Below, in pieces: positions 7,993 to 17,278 of a stretch of DNA of 44,823 nt (its first letter is position 1; each line of letters begins with the position of its first letter). Under the pieces are notes generated by a model. It made no database searches and was not told the origin of the DNA. It saw only the letters and a list, made by a program, of their open reading frames with translations. Made by a program: the position numbers and the translations under genes. This DNA is from a virus (Duplodnaviria > Caudoviricetes). The DNA lies in IMG/VR virus record IMGVR_UViG_3300033076_001609, positions 1-44,823 of that record; one strand, written 5' to 3'.

Positions 7993-9795
7993 TCAACGTA
8001 CAATTGAGTTAATCACATTGAAAACTACACCAGCGTCATCAGTGTTGAAATTGTTTTCGCGACCATAGATATAATTGTTTGAATCATAAGCATCTTCATC
8101 GACGCTTATGCTCACTACAACAATACCTTGGGAGCGAATCTCGTTCACTACGATTCTTGTTCCTTCCTCGCCGAGTGAGATATCACCACGTGGCATTCCA
8201 TCGCTGATAACGATCAAACTCTTTTGATTCCGCAACTCTGAAAACATTTTTGAAACAGCCATGATAGCAAAATCATCAGAGTTAGAATACATAACGCCAT
8301 CATAGTCAATGATTTTTTCAAAGCGCGGCTTCATAACTATGTTAGCATCCTCATCCCAATCCTTTAGAATGATTAGCACAACATCTTGTCTGATGCCGTT
8401 GACATCCCAGTCAGCGGTGTGCCCAACAACTTTTATACGATGGCGAGAATCTTGAAGACCGATTGCCGCTCCAATTGCAGCTTTTGCTGCTTTTTCAAGT
8501 TTGATATCACTGCGCATACTACCGCTGATATCGACGAGAATGATGATCTCTTGCTCGCCAATGTGTTCAAACTCATTTGGTTGGGCAAAAATTCGGTTAT
8601 CAGTCGCGATGCGGTAAAGCTGGCGAATGTTGCTCCCTCGATTCATTTGAAGACCATAAGGGCGATTCGTTTGAGTGCGAGCTAACATCAATTGAGAGAA
8701 TTCCAAAAAGCGATGATCTGGCTCGATTACCATATTCTTACTTGTAAAGCTAGACCAGCGAGAATATTCGAACCCAAGGCTTTTGAGAAACTCGTCATCG
8801 ATGTTGTTTACAATCATCAATCTTGTGAATTTACCTGCATTATTGGAATACTCAAATCTCACGTTAACATTCTCATTGGTGATTTCATAATCACGTTCGC
8901 TGTTCTGCAGAATCGTTGAAAGTTGCTCTGAGTCAGATTTGATCTCAGTGTTGCTCATTGAAAGCTTCTTACGCAACTCATCGATTTTCTCATCAGCTGA
9001 GTCAGGCTTGATAGCATTACCATCACTACCGCTGGGTGATTTGGCGTTCACATCTTCTTTATCATTCGGCAAATCACTCGTCATGAATTCGTAAATTTTA
9101 ATGGCATGTAAAAGTCGATTCTCAACTTTTGAAATTGAGCGAGATTGCAAAAACATATTCTCAAGGCGAAGCGTAAATGAATCCTTTGACTCAGATTTGA
9201 GATAGAAATTTTTCAAAAAGTACATTGCAGCCATATAAGCGTCAAACTCTTGATAAGTCGAAATTTTACCAGTGAGTTTTCCATAAACCTCATCTCGTTC
9301 TTCAACCGGGAAGAGATAGTTTAAGCGAGATTTTGTAGCCCATTCAAAGTTTTTTAGTGAAGAACGGTCGACATTATCGATATAAATATCTTCAACGATT
9401 TGTGCGATTTCGGCAACATTATCGTCGAGAGATGAGATATCAATGCCGGCCATACTGGCTACGGTGCTGAAAGGAACAACGGTGTGCTTAAGGTGCAAAA
9501 TTTCGTGAATTGCCGAACCGAACAGCGCTGATAAAGATTCTTCTTCACTGGCGTCTGGATTGATACGATCTTCGCTGTTTTCAGCGATGTAGAGGCGGCT
9601 TAAGGTGATTTGCTTTTTCTCCAAATCAATACAAGCAGTCGGAACATTGCTGATAAAGACACGAACATCCTTCATCTTTACAATATCCTTGACGATAGAT
9701 AAAGAAATCCCAACAACGTTAGTCGCAAATTTTTCGATTTCGGCGTGTTGTGAAAAACTTGGAATTTTTACTGAGGTATACCATTCTTTCAACAT
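7993..9795 (-). CDS. vWA domain protein with N-terminal HExxH zincin-like motif (CobT/MoxR-partner type)
   Basis: HEILH, EDIYID, MIDAS LVDISGSM and LIVISDGMP. Start placed at MLKEW (9795), downstream of the promoter and RBS. Confidence 0.88.
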   Translation of the reverse strand: MLKEWYTSVKIPSFSQHAEIEKFATNVVGISLSIVKDIVKMKDVRVFISNVPTACIDLEKKQITLSRLYIAENSEDRINPDASEEESLSALFGSAIHEILHLKHTVVPFSTVASMAGIDISSLDDNVAEIAQIVEDIYIDNVDRSSLKNFEWATKSRLNYLFPVEERDEVYGKLTGKISTYQEFDAYMAAMYFLKNFYLKSESKDSFTLRLENMFLQSRSISKVENRLLHAIKIYEFMTSDLPNDKEDVNAKSPSGSDGNAIKPDSADEKIDELRKKLSMSNTEIKSDSEQLSTILQNSERDYEITNENVNVRFEYSNNAGKFTRLMIVNNIDDEFLKSLGFEYSRWSSFTSKNMVIEPDHRFLEFSQLMLARTQTNRPYGLQMNRGSNIRQLYRIATDNRIFAQPNEFEHIGEQEIIILVDISGSMRSDIKLEKAAKAAIGAAIGLQDSRHRIKVVGHTADWDVNGIRQDVVLIILKDWDEDANIVMKPRFEKIIDYDGVMYSNSDDFAIMAVSKMFSELRNQKSLIVISDGMPRGDISLGEEGTRIVVNEIRSQGIVVVSISVDEDAYDSNNYIYGRENNFNTDDAGVVFNVINSIVR

Positions 9796-9835
9796 TTTAA
9801 GAACCTTTCTGAAAAAATTTACTGCTTCCGATAAA

Positions 9836-9931
9836 TCTATTCTATCATAAGTTGAACAGAATGTACATAACGAGTTTTGAAACAACTCATCCTAGGTCAT
9901 TGTAGGATGACGCTAGGATGAGTTTGGTGGT
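9836..9931 (-). promoter_or_regulatory. Copy A of a 96-bp hairpin-plus-promoter cassette
   Basis: ACCACCAAA, hairpin, AAAACTCG, then TGTACA-17-TAGAAT with extended TG; shared with 11188-11283 and 20550-20645. Confidence 0.8.
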
Positions 9932-9946
9932 TATGATGTGTAAAGC

Positions 9947-11143
9947 TTAAAGGAAAAATTTAGACTTAGGAGTGTAAATCCCGACGGCAGAGTTTACAAC
10001 GTCGATAATCTGCCGGCGCGCATTTTGATTTGAACAGCGAAGAACGACAGCATTTTGAAAAGATGAACGAATCGACATACCAGCTGAAACTTGGGAAGCG
10101 ATCATGAGTGTTGTACGTGTGCTACACTCAACAACGCTAAGATTTCGAATCGAGGTTGCAAGATTAACGATCGTAGACGCTGCAGTTTGGTCTACGCCGG
10201 TGCGATTTTTCAAAACATCGATTTCGCGCTCAGTAGGAAGCGGGCCGACTTCACAGATAAAAGAAAAGCGATTTGAAAGAGCGGCATCTAGTTGAAAAAC
10301 GCCAGAGTAGTTATGCCCTAGATTCATCGTTGCGACGAACACGACGTTGTTGCCGACCTTGATTTCCTCACCATCATAAACTGTCGTGTTGCGACCATCA
10401 TCCAACAACGGATAGATAGTGTTTGTCAGCCATGGCTCCAGACGATTTAGTTCATCTAAAACGATGACGACATTACCTTCTTCAAGCTTTTTTGCAAAAA
10501 GGCTCTTGACAAACATCGTGGAACCTTCTTTTGCAATACGTTGGCCGAACCACTCTTCAGGATCGCGAATTGTCGGGCAATTCATCCGAAAGAAATCTAA
10601 ACCAGCTGATTGGGCATATTTTTCGGGAATCGTCGTTTTACCAAAGCCGCTTGGCCCAACCATCAAAATCTTAACAGGCATTTCTGGGTTAGATCGGCGA
10701 ATTTTATCGGCATAAAAGAAAGATTCATTGGTAGGATTGTCGACGAAGAAAAAATTAGAGTTAATCCGAACTTCGTCAGGCTTTTGAACGGCCTGAGCTT
10801 CAGATTGAGATTCGCCTTCCGATGCGGCTCCGACTCGAACAATCTCACCATTCGACCGCAATTTGAAGGTTAGAGATTCTTTCCACAAGTCATGAATTTT
10901 TCTGCTTTCCTCAAGAGTTACCGGAACAGCCGATCGGAAAAAGCGTCGACTTGCCAAGTTGGCTTTCGTTAAAGATACCAAAACCCAACCTGATTTAAGT
11001 TGCTTCAAGTCTGAATGATAGTAGCGAGAATAGATTGAAGGAGCTTTTTCGTCAAAGCTAGAGAAAACAACCTCACGAACCAAAACATAACCTGCATTAT
11101 CGTAACATTTGTGAGCTAAAAAGATGAAAAGTTGCTGTGACAT
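9947..11143 (-). CDS. MoxR/CbbQ/CobS-family AAA+ ATPase
   Basis: GPSGFGKT (Walker A), IVLDELNR (Walker B), VATMN and LDAALSNRF; directly upstream of the vWA gene. Confidence 0.92.
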   Translation of the reverse strand: MSQQLFIFLAHKCYDNAGYVLVREVVFSSFDEKAPSIYSRYYHSDLKQLKSGWVLVSLTKANLASRRFFRSAVPVTLEESRKIHDLWKESLTFKLRSNGEIVRVGAASEGESQSEAQAVQKPDEVRINSNFFFVDNPTNESFFYADKIRRSNPEMPVKILMVGPSGFGKTTIPEKYAQSAGLDFFRMNCPTIRDPEEWFGQRIAKEGSTMFVKSLFAKKLEEGNVVIVLDELNRLEPWLTNTIYPLLDDGRNTTVYDGEEIKVGNNVVFVATMNLGHNYSGVFQLDAALSNRFSFICEVGPLPTEREIDVLKNRTGVDQTAASTIVNLATSIRNLSVVECSTRTTLMIASQVSAGMSIRSSFQNAVVLRCSNQNARRQIIDVVNSAVGIYTPKSKFFL

Positions 11144-11187
11144 TTTAATTTACCTTTCTTTAAGTTTAATCATTAACTTCTGATAAG

Positions 11188-11283
11188 TCTATTCTATCAT
11201 AGGCAAGGAAGAATGTACACAGCGAGTTTTGAGAATACTCACCCTAGAGGATCGGGCGTTGACACCCAGGCGAATTTGGTGGT
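11188..11283 (-). promoter_or_regulatory. Copy B of the 96-bp hairpin-plus-promoter cassette
   Basis: TGTACA (11219-11214)-17-TAGAAT (11196-11191); about 83/96 identical to copy C by manual alignment. Confidence 0.85.
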
Positions 11284-11316
11284 GAGGCAGATCCCCTATC
11301 CGCCCCGACCACCAAA
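11275..11316 (-). terminator. Hairpin after nrdJ
   Basis: TTTGGTGGT...ACCACCAAA outer arms with an imperfect GC-rich inner stem, just past the nrdJ stop. Confidence 0.5.
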
Positions 11317-11327
11317 CTAACAAACGA

Positions 11328-13223
11328 TCAAACAATTTCGCAAGCGCCGGCTACGCAACTAAACTCTCGCTCGCCGCCAGTTGTCATGAAGTAATCAACT
11401 TTAGGAAAAACGTCCCAGTTGATAACCGGATAATCTAACAAAAGACGCATATATAAATTGCCATCAATTTTTTCATAAGGAGCATTTTTGTAAACAGCAT
11501 CACTTTTAGGAAAAAAAGAAAGCCCAGAGATAATGTTTTGATTCTCATACATCCATGTAATGATCTCGCCTACTTCGTTATCATTGTACGAAATCGTAAC
11601 ACTTGGATTGTGTTCAGTATAAAAACGCTTCAAGTTTTTCCAATAGTTCAATTGATCGATCGCAGAAAGATCATCAATGAATACTGAACCTTCCGGAGAT
11701 TTTACCAAAAAGTCGAAGCTTGAAGTTTGAGCTACACCATCTGTCGGCGAATTCGGCACATCGTACATTCTCAAGAATACCGCCATCGGCGAATCATCCT
11801 TGAGTTGCATGCGACGAATGTAGAACTCAGAAAAACGAGCGTGACCGCCGCTCGCCGTTCCAAAGAAAGTCGCACTGTTCCCAGCTGGCTTTGCACAAGT
11901 GCTTGCCGCCGCTTGCTTGATTCCAAGTTTTTGCGCGTACTCTTTGTTTGTTTCATTAACAACTTCCTTCAAAACTTCAAAAACATCAGCTTGAATGTCA
12001 GGATCGTTAAACATCGCGTTATCTCGCTGACCGTTCAAATCAACGCCGAGCAATCGCTCATCAATTTGATTTTTTCGCCAATCTCGACGAACATATTTTG
12101 TAAAATTATCAACGCTTGCCATGATCGTTCCCCAAATTGCCGCAAGGCGTACCTTATTTATGATTTCGTTGATTGAGTCGGTCGATCGAATGTTGGCAAT
12201 CGAGAGATTACAAAATTGAAACGGGCGTAAAATGATCTCGCCGCATGGATTCACGCCAAAATCTGGATGAAAAGTGCGGCGCTCTGGAATCGTATGAATC
12301 ATCGCCGCGCGGCTAACAACACCTGGCTCGCCAGTTTTCTCGTCGAAGCCAGGGCCAAAGGTGGCGAAAAACCAATCAAGACTTTTGTAACCCTCAATCA
12401 CAACAGAGTTGTTTGCAAAATAGCGTTGCTTGTTTGACTGAATTACGTTAAAATCTTTGCAGTGAAGCATTTCAAAATCATCGGCATCAAAAAGGCAAAT
12501 CATGGCCGAACGGCGATAGCCGCCGCTCACAATTGCTGCCGCGATAAAGCACTGAATGTCGTGAACCTCAATTGGCTTGAGCTGCCGCCCTGCCGCGTTA
12601 TCCAAAATTTTGGTGATGCTCTCAATAGATTTTTTGAGAGGTTCGGCTCCGGAAGCTACACCTCCACGCGTTTTAAGTGGGGCACCAGACGGGCGAATTT
12701 TTGAGTAGTCGATTTGGCAACGAACACCGGCAAAGGAAAGTTCAAGGAACATTTTAAAAGCATCACACCAACCTTCGATAGAATCTTCAACAACAATCGG
12801 CGGAAATGAAAAAATGCTTGTAATGTCGACGACCGGATACACGGTCGGGAGTTTTTCGACGAAGCGGCGCTCGACCGTGTATCCAACGCCAACTCCGATC
12901 CCAAGAAGATACATCGTTTCTACGAATGAATTCAAATCAACCATCGGTAGATATGAGCAATTAAAAATCGCTTCCGGGTGCCGACTTGCTTCACGGCCAG
13001 CTGTTTGAAAAAGGCGCATCGACGGAAATGCATCAGTTTTCAGCATGCCTTCACGAAGTTCAGCAAAGGTATCCTCAGACAAGCGGTCGCCGCAAATCTC
13101 ACGAGCATGATTGATCGTTCGATCAACGGCTTCCTCAAAAGTTTCGCGCCGACCGATATCCCAATTCCAGAGCGCATATTTTTCGTAGAACTGAACATAT
13201 TGCATATCATTTTCAAAAATCAT
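11328..13223 (-). CDS. nrdJ: Class II (adenosylcobalamin-dependent) monomeric ribonucleotide reductase
   Basis: FPSMR, FNCSY, GVGVGY, VSGGYRRSA, GVNPCGEI, FCNLS, KPAGN, EHNPSVT and C-terminal CVAGACEI. Confidence 0.95.
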   Translation of the reverse strand: MIFENDMQYVQFYEKYALWNWDIGRRETFEEAVDRTINHAREICGDRLSEDTFAELREGMLKTDAFPSMRLFQTAGREASRHPEAIFNCSYLPMVDLNSFVETMYLLGIGVGVGYTVERRFVEKLPTVYPVVDITSIFSFPPIVVEDSIEGWCDAFKMFLELSFAGVRCQIDYSKIRPSGAPLKTRGGVASGAEPLKKSIESITKILDNAAGRQLKPIEVHDIQCFIAAAIVSGGYRRSAMICLFDADDFEMLHCKDFNVIQSNKQRYFANNSVVIEGYKSLDWFFATFGPGFDEKTGEPGVVSRAAMIHTIPERRTFHPDFGVNPCGEIILRPFQFCNLSIANIRSTDSINEIINKVRLAAIWGTIMASVDNFTKYVRRDWRKNQIDERLLGVDLNGQRDNAMFNDPDIQADVFEVLKEVVNETNKEYAQKLGIKQAAASTCAKPAGNSATFFGTASGGHARFSEFYIRRMQLKDDSPMAVFLRMYDVPNSPTDGVAQTSSFDFLVKSPEGSVFIDDLSAIDQLNYWKNLKRFYTEHNPSVTISYNDNEVGEIITWMYENQNIISGLSFFPKSDAVYKNAPYEKIDGNLYMRLLLDYPVINWDVFPKVDYFMTTGGEREFSCVAGACEIV

Positions 13224-14166
13224 CGTAAACGATCTCCTTTGGTTGTTTTGATGCTGCTGAAATTGACGATGCGATCTCTGCGTCGAGCAGCGCGGCGCGA
13301 GATTCGCTTAGAGGGCTTTTAATGTAATCTGGCAGAGGATCAGCGGTAGAGCCTTGTTTGATTTCATTCAAAAATGATGTTAAGCGCAACGGCCGTTCAT
13401 CAATCAGACGCTGAACCTCAGGTTCGATCAATTTTTCAATCTCAGCAAACTCTTTGTTCGATAGGCGCAAAAATTCGACGTCCGGCGTTGGAGTCCAACA
13501 AATTGAATCCTTAAACATGCAAAAACCGCATTCATACGATTTTCGAAAATCAGCGGGAATTGGAGGAATCCACTCGCCATCAATCGCTGTTTTTGCAATC
13601 ATAACCTTGTTAAATACGAGTTTCAAAATTCGTTCATCGATCTCTACCGGAAAAACTCGCATTGCAATCTTCATGTTTTCGCCGAGAACATTTCGGCTGA
13701 CGTAAATTATGTTTACGTTTTGAATACCGGTAACCGCTGAGTAGCAATACGTTTGCCAGAGATGGCCGAATTTCGGTTCGTATGGGAGTTTGCCGCAACT
13801 TTTAACTTCGCCTAAAGTTAGACGGCCAAGGTTATCGATGTAGACGAGATCAACTTTGCCAGAAATTTTTGGTTCAACCTTTGGTATGTAGATATTAGTT
13901 GCAAAAAGCTTATCATTTCGAACCAAAGCATTAACGAGAGCAGCTTCGATGCCGTTGCCGATGTTCATGTAGAGAGATGATGTGGATGATGTATTTTTTG
14001 CGTTTGGCCAATCGCGAAACATCAAAAAGTTTTGGCGAGGGCAGAAAGCCGCCGTCGCACCGTAAAAATGTTTCAAGGCTTTGAAATCATCCTGTTCTTT
14101 GAGTAGTTCGACGAGATAATCTTCTTCACTTTTTGTTTTGAATGCACCGCCGATTTTAATTGCCAT
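13213..14166 (-). CDS. Cas4-like PD-(D/E)XK exonuclease with Fe-S cysteines
   Basis: FCPRQ, GKVD, GEVKS, QTYCY and ECGFCMFKDSIC; start MAIKIG after AAAGGAG. Confidence 0.85.
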   Translation of the reverse strand: MAIKIGGAFKTKSEEDYLVELLKEQDDFKALKHFYGATAAFCPRQNFLMFRDWPNAKNTSSTSSLYMNIGNGIEAALVNALVRNDKLFATNIYIPKVEPKISGKVDLVYIDNLGRLTLGEVKSCGKLPYEPKFGHLWQTYCYSAVTGIQNVNIIYVSRNVLGENMKIAMRVFPVEIDERILKLVFNKVMIAKTAIDGEWIPPIPADFRKSYECGFCMFKDSICWTPTPDVEFLRLSNKEFAEIEKLIEPEVQRLIDERPLRLTSFLNEIKQGSTADPLPDYIKSPLSESRAALLDAEIASSISAASKQPKEIVYDDF

Positions 14167-14527
14167 TGGAAGACTCCTTTTCACTACTATTGTTAGATGT
14201 TGTCGCGTCGTTAGAGAAAAAATTCACGAGCATCTCGTTAAAGATCTCGTGAATTTGTTTTCGCTTTGCCGTTTGGTGAATTTTTCGAACATCATAACCG
14301 GTTTTATAGAAAACTTGTTCTAGCTTTAAGTTTGATTTGTTGAGTTGATAAATGATAATTTCGCTATTGAGAATTAGGCCGATCATGAACCTTTTCTCAT
14401 CAATATAAATTTCCAATGCTTGCATCGCGTCCTCGTTAAACCCTGTTCCAAAACTTTCTTCGTATTTCGCCATCAGAGATTGGCGTTCGATACTGTACGG
14501 ATTGAACGCGTTGATTTTGTAGCTCAC
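14156..14527 (-). CDS. Hypothetical protein
   Basis: 123-aa ORF, GTG start with AAGGA RBS, packed in the operon. Confidence 0.65.
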   Translation of the reverse strand: MSYKINAFNPYSIERQSLMAKYEESFGTGFNEDAMQALEIYIDEKRFMIGLILNSEIIIYQLNKSNLKLEQVFYKTGYDVRKIHQTAKRKQIHEIFNEMLVNFFSNDATTSNNSSEKESSNGN

Positions 14528-14960
14528 TGTATGTTATCCTTTCGCAAAGAAACTTTTCGAATGATTCTAGTTCGTTCATTTTATCATCAAATTGACGCTC
14601 TGTACAATACTGACGTGCATCGTATACAAAACGAACTGGCGGAGGAAGCTCATCAATTGATACAAGGTTGCGTGAAATCGCAATACTTAGTAGAAAGTCT
14701 ATTGACTCTTCAAGAGAAAGATCGGAAAAAATTCGTTGATGAAAATCGTTTAAATCTTCGATTTGATTATAAATAGAGAATTTTTTTAGTTTCGTCTTAG
14801 TTGGAACAAGGCGAATCGGTTGAAAAACACGCTGGCGGATAATGAACTTAGCAATGAAGATGGCGAATTTTTTTAGATTCATCTCGTTCAGCAAACAAAC
14901 TGACTCGTGAGTTTTCAACTCTTTTTCATTAAACTCGCAATCACAATGCTGACATTTCAC
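14436..14960 (-). CDS. Hypothetical protein with N-terminal C2HC zinc finger
   Basis: CQHC...HESVC; GTG start at 14960 after AAAGGAGG. Confidence 0.7.
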   Translation of the reverse strand: MKCQHCDCEFNEKELKTHESVCLLNEMNLKKFAIFIAKFIIRQRVFQPIRLVPTKTKLKKFSIYNQIEDLNDFHQRIFSDLSLEESIDFLLSIAISRNLVSIDELPPPVRFVYDARQYCTERQFDDKMNELESFEKFLCERITYSELQNQRVQSVQYRTPISDGEIRRKFWNRV

Positions 14961-14992
14961 TCGTTGGCCTCCTTTCATGGTGAGATTTTTAT

Positions 14993-15043
14993 ATCATATC
15001 AAATTTTTGAGTATTTGTAAAATTGAAAGATGTATCGTGAGAG
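14993..15043 (-). promoter_or_regulatory. Leftward promoter with upstream 13-bp box CTCTCACGATACA
   Basis: Box-9 nt-TTTACA-17-TATGAT on the minus strand. Confidence 0.7.
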
Positions 15044-15076
15044 ATTGATGATCGATGATTTTACCTCTTCTCTCCA

Positions 15077-15213
15077 GGTTATATATATATATTATAATTA
15101 TATATATAAGATTATAAGATTATAGGTTTCTAACTAATCAACATCAAATCATCCAAAATCTATCATCTTCTACCATCCAAATCTATCATCCAATCTAATT
15201 CTTCTAAAATCTA
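15077..15213. other. Putative replication origin / DNA-unwinding element
   Basis: (TA)n near-palindrome, AAGATTAT repeats, two ATCCAAA(A)TCTATCATC repeats and 87 nt with no G on the + strand, at the transcription divergence point. Confidence 0.5.
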
Positions 15214-15332
15214 GCACGTCCGGCTCCTCCAAGCCGACTTGTAGACAACAGAGAAGATGATAAGAGGATGGCGGGAGGATGGCCGAAAATCGGCCACTTT
15301 TGGAGAAACACTTTCAGAAAGGAGAAAAAACC

Positions 15333-15575
15333 ATGGCAAGAAAAAAACCAGAAGAAAAAGGAAGATTGGCTCGAGGCTGGAAATTCGATCCGAAGATCAT
15401 TGTAAGAATCGAGCTTTTGGCTAAAATTTTGAATCTTAGAGCTGAGGATGTTATGAACTCTGTTATCGGGCATGCTTTTACAGATATAGAAGTTCGAGAT
15501 TACATTGCTGGTGATGGTATTCATTATACGATTGAATGCTTAACTCCAGAAGAGTATCCGAAAATTATCGGCTGA
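15333..15575 (+). CDS. Small putative DNA-binding protein (ribbon-helix-helix-like)
   Basis: MARKKPEEKGRLARGWKFDPKIIVRIELLAKILNLRAEDVMNSVI: basic N-terminus, strand then two helices; AAAGGAG RBS. Confidence 0.55.
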   Translation: MARKKPEEKGRLARGWKFDPKIIVRIELLAKILNLRAEDVMNSVIGHAFTDIEVRDYIAGDGIHYTIECLTPEEYPKIIG

Positions 15576-15587
15576 CGATAACGATAA

Positions 15588-15638
15588 CTCTCACGATGCA
15601 GTGTGAAATTTTTCAAATTATAAATTTAATGTTATAAT
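15588..15638 (+). promoter_or_regulatory. Rightward promoter with upstream 13-bp box CTCTCACGATGCA
   Basis: Box-9 nt-TTTTCA-17-(TG)TATAAT. Confidence 0.7.
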
Positions 15639-15663
15639 TTTTTTCAAGGAAAGGTTGCTAACG

Positions 15664-16845
15664 ATGAAGAACTATTTAAAAAGGATCGTTAATAGCTTTC
15701 AAGGAAATTTAACCCAAAACCCTCCGATCAGCAGCGGACGGCAAGTAAGCACACATTTTCCTGACGATCGCTATAATGCTCCAATCGAGCGAACAATTGA
15801 GCGCCAACCTTTTTCCCAACATTCGCAGATCGAGTTTGAAGCCGATACAATCGACGAAATTCTTTCTTCATTCGGCTTTGAAGAAGTTTTTGTTGTCAAA
15901 TGCACCTCAACTCGAACTGCGAATGTTTTTGACCTTCGACTACCACCGTCGACAAAAATTTCTTCGATTATGAAACTTGAAGATGAGATCGCGTATGGTC
16001 TTGGTAAAAATAGCGTTAGAATTACGCGAAATGGAAATCGGCTTTCGATCGAAGTACCAAAAACAGTTAAGGTTGGCCAAAACTTGATAGACATACTCAC
16101 GACGATGAGCCCGCCGCCGCCATTTTGTGCCGTATTGGGTGCAGACATGAGTGGTCAGCCTCTCGCCATAAGGTTAACGAGTCCTGAGGTTGCTCATGTT
16201 TTGATCGTTGGTCAGACTGGGAGCGGAAAAACGGCATTGACGCGTTCGATTTTGTGCTCGTTGGCTTATTTTAATACGCCGCGCAAGATGCAATTTGTTT
16301 TAATTGATCCGAAGTCGACTGGTTTTGGGCCGCTCGCTCGCTTGCCAAACACGGTTGGCGGAATCATCAAAACGCCCGAAGATGCTGTAGCAAAACTTGA
16401 AGAATTGGTTTCTGAAATGGAACGTCGCGATCATGACAAGACACGAGATTGGCCACAGCTGATTGTTGCAATCGATGAACTTGCCGACTTAATCATGGCA
16501 AGCGGCGATCGTATTAAACAGCCGATCACTCGACTTTGTCAACGCGGAAGGGAAGGTGGTATTCATGTAATCGCATGCACACAAAAACCAGTTGCAAGTG
16601 TTCTAGGCGGCGTAATGACGGCAAATTTTCCAATCAAACTGTGTGGTGCTGTTGCCTCGAAAGGTGAAGCAAGAATCGCGACTGGAATCGCTGGCTCTGG
16701 TGCAGAAAAACTTGAAGGTCGCGGCGATTTTTTGATGATCAAATCAGGATCGCCAGAACGTTTTCGCTCAACGTGGTTAGATGCTGAAGGGTTTGAAAAA
16801 ATTCTTCGAAAGGTATTAAACAAAAAAAATGAACGGTTCAATTAG
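15664..16845 (+). CDS. FtsK/SpoIIIE-family DNA translocase motor (alpha+beta domains; no membrane or gamma domain)
   Basis: IEVPK alpha domain, HVLIVGQTGSGKT, LIDPK, EMERR, IDELADL, GREGGIHVIACTQKP and GAEKLEGRGD. Confidence 0.93.
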   Translation: MKNYLKRIVNSFQGNLTQNPPISSGRQVSTHFPDDRYNAPIERTIERQPFSQHSQIEFEADTIDEILSSFGFEEVFVVKCTSTRTANVFDLRLPPSTKISSIMKLEDEIAYGLGKNSVRITRNGNRLSIEVPKTVKVGQNLIDILTTMSPPPPFCAVLGADMSGQPLAIRLTSPEVAHVLIVGQTGSGKTALTRSILCSLAYFNTPRKMQFVLIDPKSTGFGPLARLPNTVGGIIKTPEDAVAKLEELVSEMERRDHDKTRDWPQLIVAIDELADLIMASGDRIKQPITRLCQRGREGGIHVIACTQKPVASVLGGVMTANFPIKLCGAVASKGEARIATGIAGSGAEKLEGRGDFLMIKSGSPERFRSTWLDAEGFEKILRKVLNKKNERFN

Positions 16846-17257
16846 ATTTCTCGCCATTCTACTTATTCTTTTGGGATCGTGGCTAATTGCGGATACGATT
16901 ACATCAAAAGTTAGTGGTGATGCCATCGCGATGGCGATTGGGTTTTTGTTTGGTATCCTAGGCGTCTTTCCGATCGCAATTCTTTTGATTAGCATGACTA
17001 GTCGGCAGAATTCACGAGATAAAGAGCGCGAAAGTCAAAAATTTCAACAGAGCGGTGCCAACCCTCCACATATCATTGTTTTGGGTGGATCGCAGTTGGC
17101 GCCGCCTTTTCAACAAACTCAAGCATTGCCCCAACAACAACAATATTTACCGCTTCCATCACAAACTCAAGGTCGGCCGAGGCGGCAAGTCATTGTCGAC
17201 GGTGATGAAAGCGCTGGCGAATTTCGAATCATTGGTGATGAAGGTCAGGCGTGGTAA
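16829..17257 (+). CDS. Two-TM membrane protein with Gln/Pro-rich cytoplasmic tail, coupled to FtsK
   Basis: Two hydrophobic helices, PPHIIVLGG, Q/P-rich linker and FRIIG terminus; overlaps the FtsK stop. Confidence 0.75.
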   Translation: MNGSIRFLAILLILLGSWLIADTITSKVSGDAIAMAIGFLFGILGVFPIAILLISMTSRQNSRDKERESQKFQQSGANPPHIIVLGGSQLAPPFQQTQALPQQQQYLPLPSQTQGRPRRQVIVDGDESAGEFRIIGDEGQAW

Positions 17258-17278
17258 GTTTAACGAAAGGAGCAAATC

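Noticed and set aside
7993-13223. Cobalamin biosynthesis (CobS/CobT chelatase) serving the B12-dependent NrdJ
   Set aside because: No CobN or other cob genes are visible; MoxR-vWA pairs are widespread and adjacency alone is weak evidence.
1-13223. Inteins or introns in dnaE or nrdJ; alternative genetic code
   Set aside because: Both read as compact continuous frames without intein motifs in the visible part, and genes end normally at TAA, TAG and TGA.
13213-14166. CRISPR-Cas locus suggested by the Cas4-like gene
   Set aside because: No cas1/cas2 or array is present; solo Cas4-like nucleases are common in phage replication modules.
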